Source: Parcubacteria group bacterium GW2011_GWC2_48_17
Lineage (GTDB): Bacteria > Patescibacteriota > Minisyncoccia > Phycocordibacterales > UBA10002
Direction of reading: 5' to 3'
Assembly: GCA_001003605.1 (NCBI GenBank)
Contig: LCPL01000010.1
Location: 1,528-65,527 of the forward strand
DNA length: 64,000 nt
Below are positions 38,925-47,509 of this stretch, piece after piece. Every line of letters starts with the position of its first letter. Position 1 is the first letter of the stretch. The position numbers and the translations under genes are program-made. The notes under the pieces were generated by a model. That model did not search any database. It saw only the letters and a program-made list of their open reading frames with translations, and was not told the DNA's origin.

Positions 38925-40091
38925 ATGGTAACTCACAATACATCACAGCGAAACGATGTCATCCTATTCGCCCAGCGAATAGGTCTCTTCATCCTTCCAC
39001 TCGTGCTTCTTCTTGCTTTTCCCGTGTACGTGTTCGTAAAGTCCGGGGAAGGCATGAGCACAAAATCAGTCATCGCCGCCCAGATAAGTGGAAAATCGCC
39101 AATTTTATTCGGCGCAGCTTACGGCAATAGCACATCATATTACAAACTGCGCTATCTCTACGAGTTGAATCCTGACGTCATAGCACTCGGCACTTCCCGC
39201 GCCTTGCAATTTCGTTCAGGCTTTTTTACCCCAGATACGCGGTTTCTAAACGCTGGCGGCAGCATCAGCAGAATCGAGCAGTTTCGAGAGTTCTTGGATA
39301 AAATTCCGAGAGGGAAAGAACCCAGCATCATACTCATCGGCCTTGACCAGAATTTCTTTGACCCCTCCTGGCGCGGTAGGACGCCTGTCGGCATAGATGA
39401 GCTTTCGGTATTTGACTCGCCCGCAAGCGTCTTTTTGAATAGCTGGACCAAGATTTATCGAGACTATTATCGGCGTAAGTTCACCTTTTCCGACCTTGAT
39501 GACGGAAGTAGGGATAGGCGCGCAATAGGACTAAACGCGCGCAGAAACGGTAATGGTTTTCGGAATGACGGCAGTTACCGATATGGGTATTTTCTGGACC
39601 ACTTTGATGCTCGGGAAGCCGTCCTTGCGGAAATTCGTAATTTTGACCGCGCCCAGACGACCGACCCGCACCTGCAGAAAGCACCGGGAGCGCTCGATGA
39701 AGCTTCCATCAAGGAAATCGAATCGTTTCTTCAGTTATCCGCGGAGCGAAACATTCACATAGTCGGTTTTTTACCGCCCTACCCGCCGTCTGTCTATGCT
39801 GGCCTCCTTGAAGATATGGAAGACTATCCGTACATCTTCACCATCTTTGACCGCCTACGGCCGCTCTTTGCCGCTCGCGGTTTCAGTTTCTATGATTTTT
39901 CGGATAGCGCGGCCTTTTGGTCGAATGACGCCGAAATGATAGACCTCATCCACGGTTCGGAAAAGACCTACACAAGATTATTTTTGAAGATGGTGGCGAC
40001 TGATTCGAAGCTCGCCTCGTACGCCGCCGTTTCAGATATTGAAAGGCGCTTAAAAACCGCAACAAGCACCTTCGCGCTTTTTCCCGATTGA
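38925..40091 (+). CDS. MBOAT partner protein (DltD/AlgJ/AlgX-like), N-terminal TM anchor
   Basis: Gene order immediately after the MBOAT gene, single N-terminal TM helix, length about 390 aa; sequence similarity is weak. Confidence 0.45.
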   Translation: MVTHNTSQRNDVILFAQRIGLFILPLVLLLAFPVYVFVKSGEGMSTKSVIAAQISGKSPILFGAAYGNSTSYYKLRYLYELNPDVIALGTSRALQFRSGFFTPDTRFLNAGGSISRIEQFREFLDKIPRGKEPSIILIGLDQNFFDPSWRGRTPVGIDELSVFDSPASVFLNSWTKIYRDYYRRKFTFSDLDDGSRDRRAIGLNARRNGNGFRNDGSYRYGYFLDHFDAREAVLAEIRNFDRAQTTDPHLQKAPGALDEASIKEIESFLQLSAERNIHIVGFLPPYPPSVYAGLLEDMEDYPYIFTIFDRLRPLFAARGFSFYDFSDSAAFWSNDAEMIDLIHGSEKTYTRLFLKMVATDSKLASYAAVSDIERRLKTATSTFALFPD

Positions 40092-40099
40092 TTCCATCT

Positions 40100-40121
40100 C
40101 TTTCCAAGAGTCTGACTCTTA
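40100..40121. repeat. palindromic motif TTCCAAGAGTCTGACTCTTAC, copy 1 (after the stop of 38925-40091)
   Basis: Identical 21-mer at 43329-43349; variant CCAAGAGTCAGACTCTTGG at 43303-43321. Confidence 0.65.
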
Positions 40122-40205
40122 CAGCGTTAGGCAGTATGTGAAGTATTTTCAAGCGTCGTCTTTTGCTGTAGTGTATACGAGTTCTAGCCATCACGTTCAT
40201 CAACC

Positions 40206-40889
40206 ATGAAATGCTCGCTCTCCGTCGTTATTCCGAGCCATAACGAATCCGATAATCTAAAACGCCTTATTCCAGAACTTACGAAGGCGCTCTCTGTTTT
40301 GGGCGATGAGTACGAGGTCATCGTCGTGGACAACGCTTCAACTGATGACACAAAAAGCACACTGGAAGCGCTCACGAAGCAGTTCCCGCGCGTAAAAAGC
40401 GTATATGAGCCTGAAAAAGGTTTTGGCCGAGCACTCCTCCGAGGGCTTCGAGAAGGAAACGGCGAGGTGCTCGGGTATATTCATGCCGATAATCAGATGA
40501 GTCCGACAGAAATCATTCGCATCTATCAAAAGCTCGTTTCGGACAATTTAGACGTGTGCAAAGCAACGCGCGAGAATCGCAGCGACGGCGTTACCCGTTT
40601 TATCATCAGCAAGGTTTACAATGCGTTATTCCGCATCATGTTTCGGGTAACTATGAAAGACATAAACGGCAGTCCGAAACTCTTCACCAAGAAATTTTTT
40701 GATACTGCACGCATTGAATCGCTTGACTGGTTCATTGACCCTGAAATCATTATCAAGGCAAAAAGAATGGACGCGAAGCTGGGAGAGCTTCCGATAGTAA
40801 CCTTCCCTAGAAAAGCAGGAGTGTCTCAAGTCCGCGTGGCGACGGTTTTTGAATTTATAAGGAACATGCTCTATCATTGGAAACGATAA
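40206..40889 (+). CDS. GT2 family glycosyltransferase (DPM1-like, soluble)
   Basis: LSVVIPSHNESDNL...EVIVVDNASTDDT. Confidence 0.75.
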   Translation: MKCSLSVVIPSHNESDNLKRLIPELTKALSVLGDEYEVIVVDNASTDDTKSTLEALTKQFPRVKSVYEPEKGFGRALLRGLREGNGEVLGYIHADNQMSPTEIIRIYQKLVSDNLDVCKATRENRSDGVTRFIISKVYNALFRIMFRVTMKDINGSPKLFTKKFFDTARIESLDWFIDPEIIIKAKRMDAKLGELPIVTFPRKAGVSQVRVATVFEFIRNMLYHWKR

Positions 40890-40893
40890 CACA

Positions 40894-41889
40894 ATGGCAA
40901 AACGCATAAAAACCTTCTGGAAGGGAAGGCGAGCGCTTATTACCGGCGCCAACGGTTTCCTTGCCGGCTGGGTGGTGAAGGACTTACTCGAAAGGGGAGC
41001 CTCGGTCGCGGCGCTTATCTATCAGAAGAATCCGGTGTCTATCTTTGAAACCGAAGGGCTGAATAAATTATGCGAGGTCATTTACAGCGACATTCTGGAT
41101 TTTCAATCAATGAAGCGGATACTTTTAAACCACCGCATAGAAACCGTGTTTCATCTCGGAGCGCAGGCCATCTGCAAAACCGCGCTTGCCGACCCCATCG
41201 GGACGCTTGACGCCAATATTCGCGGAACCGCGAGCATTCTGGAAGCGGTGCGGGTAACCAATCCCAAAATAGAAATTATCGTGGCATCGTCGGACAAGGC
41301 CTACGGCATCCACAAAAAACTTCCGTACCTTGAGACATTTCCGCTTCACGGTGAATTTCCCTATGAAGTGTCCAAGAGTTGCGCCGACCTTATCAGCCAG
41401 ATGTATTTCAAGACCTACGGCATTCCTATCGCGATTGTTCGGTGCGGTAATCTCTATGGCGGAGGAGATTCGCATTTTTCCCGCATCTTTCCAAGAACAA
41501 TTTATCGCGTTTCAAGAGGCTTGCGCCCGGTTATCGTAAGCGGCAGCGTTCGCGATTATTTGTATGTAGAGGACGCGGCCGAAGGGTATCGCCTCATCGC
41601 CGAAAACATGGCGAGACTCAAAGGGGAAGCCTTTAACATCGGATGTGCGAAACCGGTATCTAGCGCCGAGGTTATCAAGCTCATTTTATCCGCGATGCAA
41701 AAATCCCGCGTAAAGCCCATTTATTCAAAAAATAAGTCAGACGAAATACAAAGCCAGTATCTCTCGAGCGCGAAGCTCAAGAGGGCAGTCGGCTGGAAGC
41801 CAAAAGTAAATCTAGCTGAAGGAATAAGACGCACCGTTTCGTGGTATCAAGAATTTCTTAAGAAGAATCGCGTTCGGATTACGGACTAA
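40894..41889 (+). CDS. CDP-glucose 4,6-dehydratase-like SDR (RfbG/DdhB-like)
   Basis: N-terminus FWKGRRALITGANGFLAGWV resembles the FWxGKxVxVTGHTGFKGxW start of CDP-glucose dehydratases. Confidence 0.6.
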   Translation: MAKRIKTFWKGRRALITGANGFLAGWVVKDLLERGASVAALIYQKNPVSIFETEGLNKLCEVIYSDILDFQSMKRILLNHRIETVFHLGAQAICKTALADPIGTLDANIRGTASILEAVRVTNPKIEIIVASSDKAYGIHKKLPYLETFPLHGEFPYEVSKSCADLISQMYFKTYGIPIAIVRCGNLYGGGDSHFSRIFPRTIYRVSRGLRPVIVSGSVRDYLYVEDAAEGYRLIAENMARLKGEAFNIGCAKPVSSAEVIKLILSAMQKSRVKPIYSKNKSDEIQSQYLSSAKLKRAVGWKPKVNLAEGIRRTVSWYQEFLKKNRVRITD

Positions 41890-41920
41890 ATCTGTCAAAC
41901 GTCTTGTATTAAAAAAAGAT

Positions 41921-41948
41921 AGCCTGCTTCCGCGCGCGGAAGCAGGCT
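41921..41948. terminator. 28-nt perfect palindrome AGCCTGCTTCCGCGCGCGGAAGCAGGCT preceded by an A7 run, between convergent genes
   Basis: Read directly; it would be a bidirectional terminator. Confidence 0.6.
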
Positions 41949-41954
41949 ATTGCG

Positions 41955-42401
41955 TCACAGTCTTAGGAGTTCCGCCAGAAACTTCCAGACGACTTTCACC
42001 ATGGTCCGGTGATGACCGATGGTGTTCCTCGGCAGTTCCCCAAAGGGAAAAAATTCTCCGCCAGGAAGGTTCTTACCGTTGGACACGATGATGTGAATGA
42101 GTGCTATCTCATGACCCCGCCTGCATTTGTACTGACTACCGCCTTTGGGGAATTCGCTAATTCCTACGAATTGTAAAAGGCTAAAGTCGCCCCTGCCTCT
42201 GACTTCTTCTCCTACGAGTCGTAGGTACGCGGTCTGAATCCGTTCATTTTGCTGGATAATTGTTCCCGGCATACCCCATTCGTTCGGCCAAAACGGGTCA
42301 TTCTCACCGCGCTGGGTCAGGAAGATTTCCCAGTCCCGGCCACCACTTTCGTTGCGTCGGACAAGAGCGAGCTCAAACGCAACATGTGGCAAGTTTTCCA
42401 C
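41955..42401 (-). CDS. hypothetical protein
   Basis: ORF only; no confident motif. Confidence 0.4.
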   Translation of the reverse strand: MENLPHVAFELALVRRNESGGRDWEIFLTQRGENDPFWPNEWGMPGTIIQQNERIQTAYLRLVGEEVRGRGDFSLLQFVGISEFPKGGSQYKCRRGHEIALIHIIVSNGKNLPGGEFFPFGELPRNTIGHHRTMVKVVWKFLAELLRL

Positions 42402-42624
42402 CCACCCGTCAAATACCGGACGGGGAAGCGGGGAACCTCGCTCTGTTAAGGAGCTCTCCGAGGGTCATAGCCTCGGCCTCTGACAGACCCTTTTTCGGGG
42501 CCTTTTTTCTTTTCATTGTGCTATCCTTTCAATTGATGTTTGAGTTTCGGAAACGGCACATACTGTAGCATGTACATCCTGCAGTGTCAAATTAGACCAC
42601 ATCGAAAAAAGTAAATGCTATACT

Positions 42625-43293
42625 ATGAAAATGGTAAAAACTGGCGGGGAGAATTTCCAAGAATGGCTTGAGGTGGTGGACGCGGTATATTCCGGAAACG
42701 GAGCTTCGCGCGAAGCAATATTCGTACACGGCTGGCCCGACCTTATCAAAGAGACCATGGCATTTGTCGCGAAGCTCTACCTTGAGAGCGACCGTCCAAA
42801 GGTGGTCTTAAACGGACTTGCCACATACGGCGTCGGCGCTCCCGGCGTTTCAAAGTGCCGCGACCTGCTACTAGAGCACGGAGTCGTCGCTTCGGACATA
42901 CACGAAATTCCGGATGCGAAGTACACGCACGCTGAAGCGGATGAGTTTATGAAATTCGCGGCGTCGCGCGCCCTCTCTTCGGCAACCATTGTGAGCGTCC
43001 CGCAACATCTTCTGCGTGCGTTTCTTACCGACTTTGCCGTCATGAAAACGGCTGGACTCACGCTCTCGCTCTATCCACGCATCGTGCCGCGGGAGTCGTT
43101 CGGCTGGCAGGAGATGTACGAGTTCATGCCGCTCCTAAAAAAAGAGCCCGAGCGCGCGACGAGGCTTGCCCGTTTTGCCACCGAGTGCGTCCGCGTTCTT
43201 GAGTACCGAGCGCGCATGGAAGCTGGTGAGAAAGGATATGACATCGCCAGCATTTCCGAGGCGCATAAGTATCTGCATCGGCATAAAAGATAA
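42625..43293 (+). CDS. hypothetical protein
   Basis: ORF only. Confidence 0.4.
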   Translation: MKMVKTGGENFQEWLEVVDAVYSGNGASREAIFVHGWPDLIKETMAFVAKLYLESDRPKVVLNGLATYGVGAPGVSKCRDLLLEHGVVASDIHEIPDAKYTHAEADEFMKFAASRALSSATIVSVPQHLLRAFLTDFAVMKTAGLTLSLYPRIVPRESFGWQEMYEFMPLLKKEPERATRLARFATECVRVLEYRARMEAGEKGYDIASISEAHKYLHRHKR

Positions 43294-43297
43294 TCTA

Positions 43298-43350
43298 TCT
43301 TTCCAAGAGTCAGACTCTTGGGACAGCCTTCCAAGAGTCTGACTCTTACC
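43298..43350. repeat. two tandem copies of the CCAAGAGTCWGACTCTT palindrome just upstream of the 43358 start
   Basis: Read directly. Confidence 0.65.
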
Positions 43351-43357
43351 GACGGCC

Positions 43358-44311
43358 ATGACATTATCTTCAAAACTAGACGGTCCCGTACTTATAACCG
43401 GAGCAAGCGGCTTTGTCGGCTCTCACGTTGTCCGGAAGCTTGTATCCGACGGCGCGCGCGTCCATGCGCTGGTGCGGAAGACCTCCAACCTTTGGAGGAT
43501 TCAAGATATCCTTCATGACATTACATTGGAGTACGCAGACCTCGCGGACTCGGAATCAATTGCACAGGCCATCACCAAGGTCAAACCAAAAGGGATTTTT
43601 CACCTCGGAGTTTCAAATGTCGTGAGCGGCCTTGGCGCGAAAAACGAAACGATTATTCAAACGAATGCCTTGGGCACTGTCGCGCTTCTCGACGCGGCTT
43701 CGGCGGCAAGCTTCGACTTCTTCGTTATGACGGGAAGTTTTCTTGAGTATGGATTCAAAGACCATCCCGTACGGGAAGACGAGCTCTGTGAGCCGGGAGA
43801 GCTCTACGGAGTAAGCAAACTTGCCGGCACGCTCTACGGCGCCGCGCTCGGCCGCTCCCAAAAGAAGCCAATTGTGGCGCTTCGATTATTCACTCCCTAC
43901 GGACCGTTCAACGAACCGCAGCGGCTGACGCACCAGGTGATTGCTTCGGCGCTTCACGTCGCTCCGATTGCCTTGACCTCGCCGACCATCTCGCGGGATT
44001 TTATTTTTGTAGATGACGCAGTCGAGCTTATCTTAGAAGCTTCGCAAAAGGCGGGCGAGTACCGCGGCGAAATCTTTAACGCCGGCTCCGGCGTTCGAAC
44101 GCCAATTGGAGACGCCGTGTCGTACATTCTTGAACAAACTTCTTCAAAAAGCGAAGTGAAATGGGGAAGTTTCCGCTCTGTTTCCTACGACAGCGATACT
44201 TGGCAGGCGGACATGACGAAGACATTTTCGCATTTCTCATGGCGGCCAAAGTATTCGCTTCACGAAGGACTTGATAAAACCATAGAACATTTTAGAAAGT
44301 ATGGTTGTTAG
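43358..44311 (+). CDS. NAD-dependent epimerase/dehydratase (SDR)
   Basis: VLITGASGFVGSHVV and YGVSKLAG. Confidence 0.75.
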   Translation: MTLSSKLDGPVLITGASGFVGSHVVRKLVSDGARVHALVRKTSNLWRIQDILHDITLEYADLADSESIAQAITKVKPKGIFHLGVSNVVSGLGAKNETIIQTNALGTVALLDAASAASFDFFVMTGSFLEYGFKDHPVREDELCEPGELYGVSKLAGTLYGAALGRSQKKPIVALRLFTPYGPFNEPQRLTHQVIASALHVAPIALTSPTISRDFIFVDDAVELILEASQKAGEYRGEIFNAGSGVRTPIGDAVSYILEQTSSKSEVKWGSFRSVSYDSDTWQADMTKTFSHFSWRPKYSLHEGLDKTIEHFRKYGC

Positions 44312-44341
44312 TGGCGCATACGTTTGTTATGCTGAACCCTG

Positions 44342-45568
44342 ATGAAAAATAAGAACATCAGAGTGCCGTACGCGCTCGCGGTCTATGGCGATGAAGAAAT
44401 CGCCGCCGTGAATAGAGTTCTCAAAGACCCCACAAGAATCGTGGCGGGGACGGCCGTGAAGAAGTTTGAAGCGAAAATCGCGGCACTCTTCGGCAAAAAA
44501 TACGGCATTATGGTTAACTCCGGCTCCTCCGCCAATCTCCTTGCGCTTGAACTCCTGAATCTTCCGCGTGGTTCGGAAGTGATAACTCCCGTTCTGACGT
44601 TCAGCACCACGGTGGCGCCGATGGTGCAAAAGGGGTTGGTGCCGGTGTTCGCTGATGTCGTTTTGGGCAGTTACCAAATTGATATCGAACAAATTCCAAA
44701 ACTCATAACGAAAAAGACCAAGGCGCTCATGATTCCTTCGCTCATCGGAAATCTTCCGGATTATAGGAAACTATCCGCCATCGCGAACAAATTCAACTTG
44801 TGGCTGATTGAAGATTCCTGCGACACGCTCGGCGCCACCCTCTTTGGCAAGCCGACTGGGTTTTATTCCGATATTTCTACCACGAGTTTCTACGCCTCGC
44901 ACATCATTACCGCCGGTGGCGGAGGCGCGATGCTCTGTGTGAATGATGCGGCGCTTGCGCGGCGCGCGCTTGTTATGGCGAATTGGGGAAGGGAGTCTAC
45001 TCTTTTTGGTTCATACGGCAAAGGAGAGGTGCTTCAAAAGCGCATGGCCGGCCGCATCAATGGAAAACCGTATGATGCGAAATTCATTTTCAGCGAAATC
45101 GGATACAACTTCCAATCTAATGAGATTGCTGGAGCGTTCGGACTTGAACAATTAAAGCGGCTAAAAACATTCTCCGCCGCGCGCAAACGCAATTTCAAAC
45201 GGTTGCTCGGTTTTTTCAGGAAATATGAAGATTTCTTTATTTTACCGACACAGCACAAGGGGGCAAACACGGCGTGGCTCGCGTTTCCGCTTGTGCTAAA
45301 GGACGGCGCACCCTTCCGCCGCGAAGAGCTTGTCGGCTTCCTGGAGAAGCAAAACATTCAGACACGGCCCATCTTTACCGGCAATATCCTCCGCCAGCCG
45401 GCGTTTCGAAAAATTACGCGCCGCACCCTTCCCGGCGGATATCCCGCGGCGGACCTTATAACGCGGGGCTCTCTCCTCATCGGCGCTCACCACGGACTGA
45501 CCGAAGAAATGATTCGGCACCTGTTTGAGAGTTTTTCCGCGTTTTTGAAGAAACACACTCGTGCATGA
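44342..45568 (+). CDS. rfbH: CDP-6-deoxy-D-xylo-4-hexulose-3-dehydrase-like (RfbH/DdhC E1) of the DegT family
   Basis: KFNLWLIEDSCDTLGATLFG, SFYASHIITAGGGGAM (His at the position of the PLP-Lys, as in E1), GYNFQ..GLEQLKRL and TRPIFTGNILRQPAF are all co-linear with RfbH. Confidence 0.75.
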   Translation: MKNKNIRVPYALAVYGDEEIAAVNRVLKDPTRIVAGTAVKKFEAKIAALFGKKYGIMVNSGSSANLLALELLNLPRGSEVITPVLTFSTTVAPMVQKGLVPVFADVVLGSYQIDIEQIPKLITKKTKALMIPSLIGNLPDYRKLSAIANKFNLWLIEDSCDTLGATLFGKPTGFYSDISTTSFYASHIITAGGGGAMLCVNDAALARRALVMANWGRESTLFGSYGKGEVLQKRMAGRINGKPYDAKFIFSEIGYNFQSNEIAGAFGLEQLKRLKTFSAARKRNFKRLLGFFRKYEDFFILPTQHKGANTAWLAFPLVLKDGAPFRREELVGFLEKQNIQTRPIFTGNILRQPAFRKITRRTLPGGYPAADLITRGSLLIGAHHGLTEEMIRHLFESFSAFLKKHTRA

Positions 45569-47460
45569 CCATGATACAAGCCATATCGGTGACCGAGCAA
45601 AGGGCGGGCGCGAAGGAAGCTGTTTTGCCTCAAGACGATACGGAAGAGGCACCGGCACAGATGCCCGCGCGCCGCGCGCTACTCGAAAGACTGCGAGCGT
45701 TCGCGAAAGAACATCGGCTGATTCTGCTCTTCGCGTTTCTGCTCGCGCTTCTTATAAAATCACCGCTTCTTGCTTTCCCATACGCCGCGAATGATGCGTA
45801 TCGCGGTATTAACCTATACCACTACGGCAATCTTGCGGCTGACGAAGATTTTTATTTGTCGCGCGGCAAAGAAGTACTTGAAGGACACGGGTTAGGAAAT
45901 CCTCTTATACGAGAGGGAAAGGATACATATCCCGACTACTACTTCACTATTAACGAATATGTGCTGGTCGGACCTTTCTATCTCCTCGGCCTTGCCGATA
46001 ACGTTGATATATCCACACTTTACGCCATATATAGTTTTATAGGCGTTTTTGCTTTAATTGTAACCATCTATTTTTTCGCGCTCCATCTTCGGGCCGACAG
46101 ATTTTTTGCAACAGTAGTCGCTATTTCCGTAGTGAGCGGCTATTCCATTATTGAGAACAGTTTTTTTGCTCCGGTGTTCAACATGTATGGGCGGGCTCTT
46201 CATCCCGCCTTAAGCTCGCTTGCCGTCTTCTCATATCTCATTTTGTGCCTGCGGGCGCTCAAAACCCCATCTCTCCCGAGGTTATTAATCGCCGGCGCCA
46301 TGTTCGGTGCGCTTTCGTACATCTATTCGTACGCGTGGACGTTTATCGCGGTTTTTAACGGCTTTTTATTTTTACTTTTTATTTTTAAAAGGGACTGGAT
46401 GTCAGTTAGGCATATTTTTCTGATTTCTTGTCTCGGAGCCCTTATAAGCGCTTACAATGTCATACGAACAATACTTTACATGATTTTTCCGGCTGGACAG
46501 CAGTTTTCTTATTTCTATGGCGCGAAATATGGATATGCTCTCGCGTACAAAAAGATTGGCCCCTTGGTACTGCTCCTATTCGGACTTTTCGCGCATCGGA
46601 AACGCGATTTAAATTGGCCACTCATTTTCGCCCTGCTTCTTTCCGGATGGTTTTGCATCAATCAGCAAGCGCTCACAGGACTTCGCATACAGCCCAATCA
46701 TTATCTTTGGTATTACACCGAGCCTGCTTTTATAATCGCGCTTTCCTACGCGCTTTGGTCATACCTCAAGACGGACCGCGCCAAAGCAATCGCGTGTTTC
46801 CTTGTCGTCGGCATATTCCTGACGAACACCGCCGTCGCGCAATACAAAGCTTTTTCCGGAACGCTTCCGCAAAGACTTTACGAACAGGATTACCGAACAG
46901 CTTTGGACGAATTGAATAAGGACAAAAACTCGGGAGTGGTGCTCGCCTCTCCAACCGAGGACACGGAGTTTCTCGTCACGGTGTACACGCCACATGATTT
47001 GTTTTGGCAGAGGAACCTCGCGCAGTTTAACGACAATCCGATACAGCGGCACAAAGACGCTCTGCTTCTATACCTCTACTTGAACAAAGACGCGAGGAGG
47101 GAGCCCGGCGCGTATCTTAAGAAGATTTTGGAAGATGATGGCGACTCATCAATGTATAAAGCGTTATATCAAGATATTGAAGGGTACGCGTCGGGTTTTA
47201 ACCTGCACGAATACAACCGGCGCGCTGCGGAGAATGGAGAGGAGTTTAGGCTGTATCGGCAGGATTTTCTGAGGAAATTTGTCGTGGATTATGAAAAAAC
47301 GACCAAAGAAAAAGACGGCTTTGAAAAACTCCTTGATGCGTACGGAGTAAACTGGATTCTGTGGGATAGAGCTAAGCAACCGGAGTGGGACCCTGCTGTC
47401 TTTCGAGGCCTTACGCATGTAGCCACTCGGGGAAATATTGTTTTGTTCACCCTGGAATAG
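45565..47460 (+). CDS. large polytopic membrane protein, paralog of 23467-25266
   Basis: See 23467-25266. Confidence 0.55.
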   Translation: MTMIQAISVTEQRAGAKEAVLPQDDTEEAPAQMPARRALLERLRAFAKEHRLILLFAFLLALLIKSPLLAFPYAANDAYRGINLYHYGNLAADEDFYLSRGKEVLEGHGLGNPLIREGKDTYPDYYFTINEYVLVGPFYLLGLADNVDISTLYAIYSFIGVFALIVTIYFFALHLRADRFFATVVAISVVSGYSIIENSFFAPVFNMYGRALHPALSSLAVFSYLILCLRALKTPSLPRLLIAGAMFGALSYIYSYAWTFIAVFNGFLFLLFIFKRDWMSVRHIFLISCLGALISAYNVIRTILYMIFPAGQQFSYFYGAKYGYALAYKKIGPLVLLLFGLFAHRKRDLNWPLIFALLLSGWFCINQQALTGLRIQPNHYLWYYTEPAFIIALSYALWSYLKTDRAKAIACFLVVGIFLTNTAVAQYKAFSGTLPQRLYEQDYRTALDELNKDKNSGVVLASPTEDTEFLVTVYTPHDLFWQRNLAQFNDNPIQRHKDALLLYLYLNKDARREPGAYLKKILEDDGDSSMYKALYQDIEGYASGFNLHEYNRRAAENGEEFRLYRQDFLRKFVVDYEKTTKEKDGFEKLLDAYGVNWILWDRAKQPEWDPAVFRGLTHVATRGNIVLFTLE

Positions 47461-47509
47461 TGCGTTACGGAGCACATTTTGCCCATAACTATAGTTGTAG
47501 TACGGCACT

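Noticed and set aside
41955-42401. NUDIX hydrolase (GDP-mannose mannosyl hydrolase) idea for the minus-strand 148-aa ORF
   Set aside because: No GX5EX7REUXEEXGU Nudix box could be found in the translation, so it was left as hypothetical.
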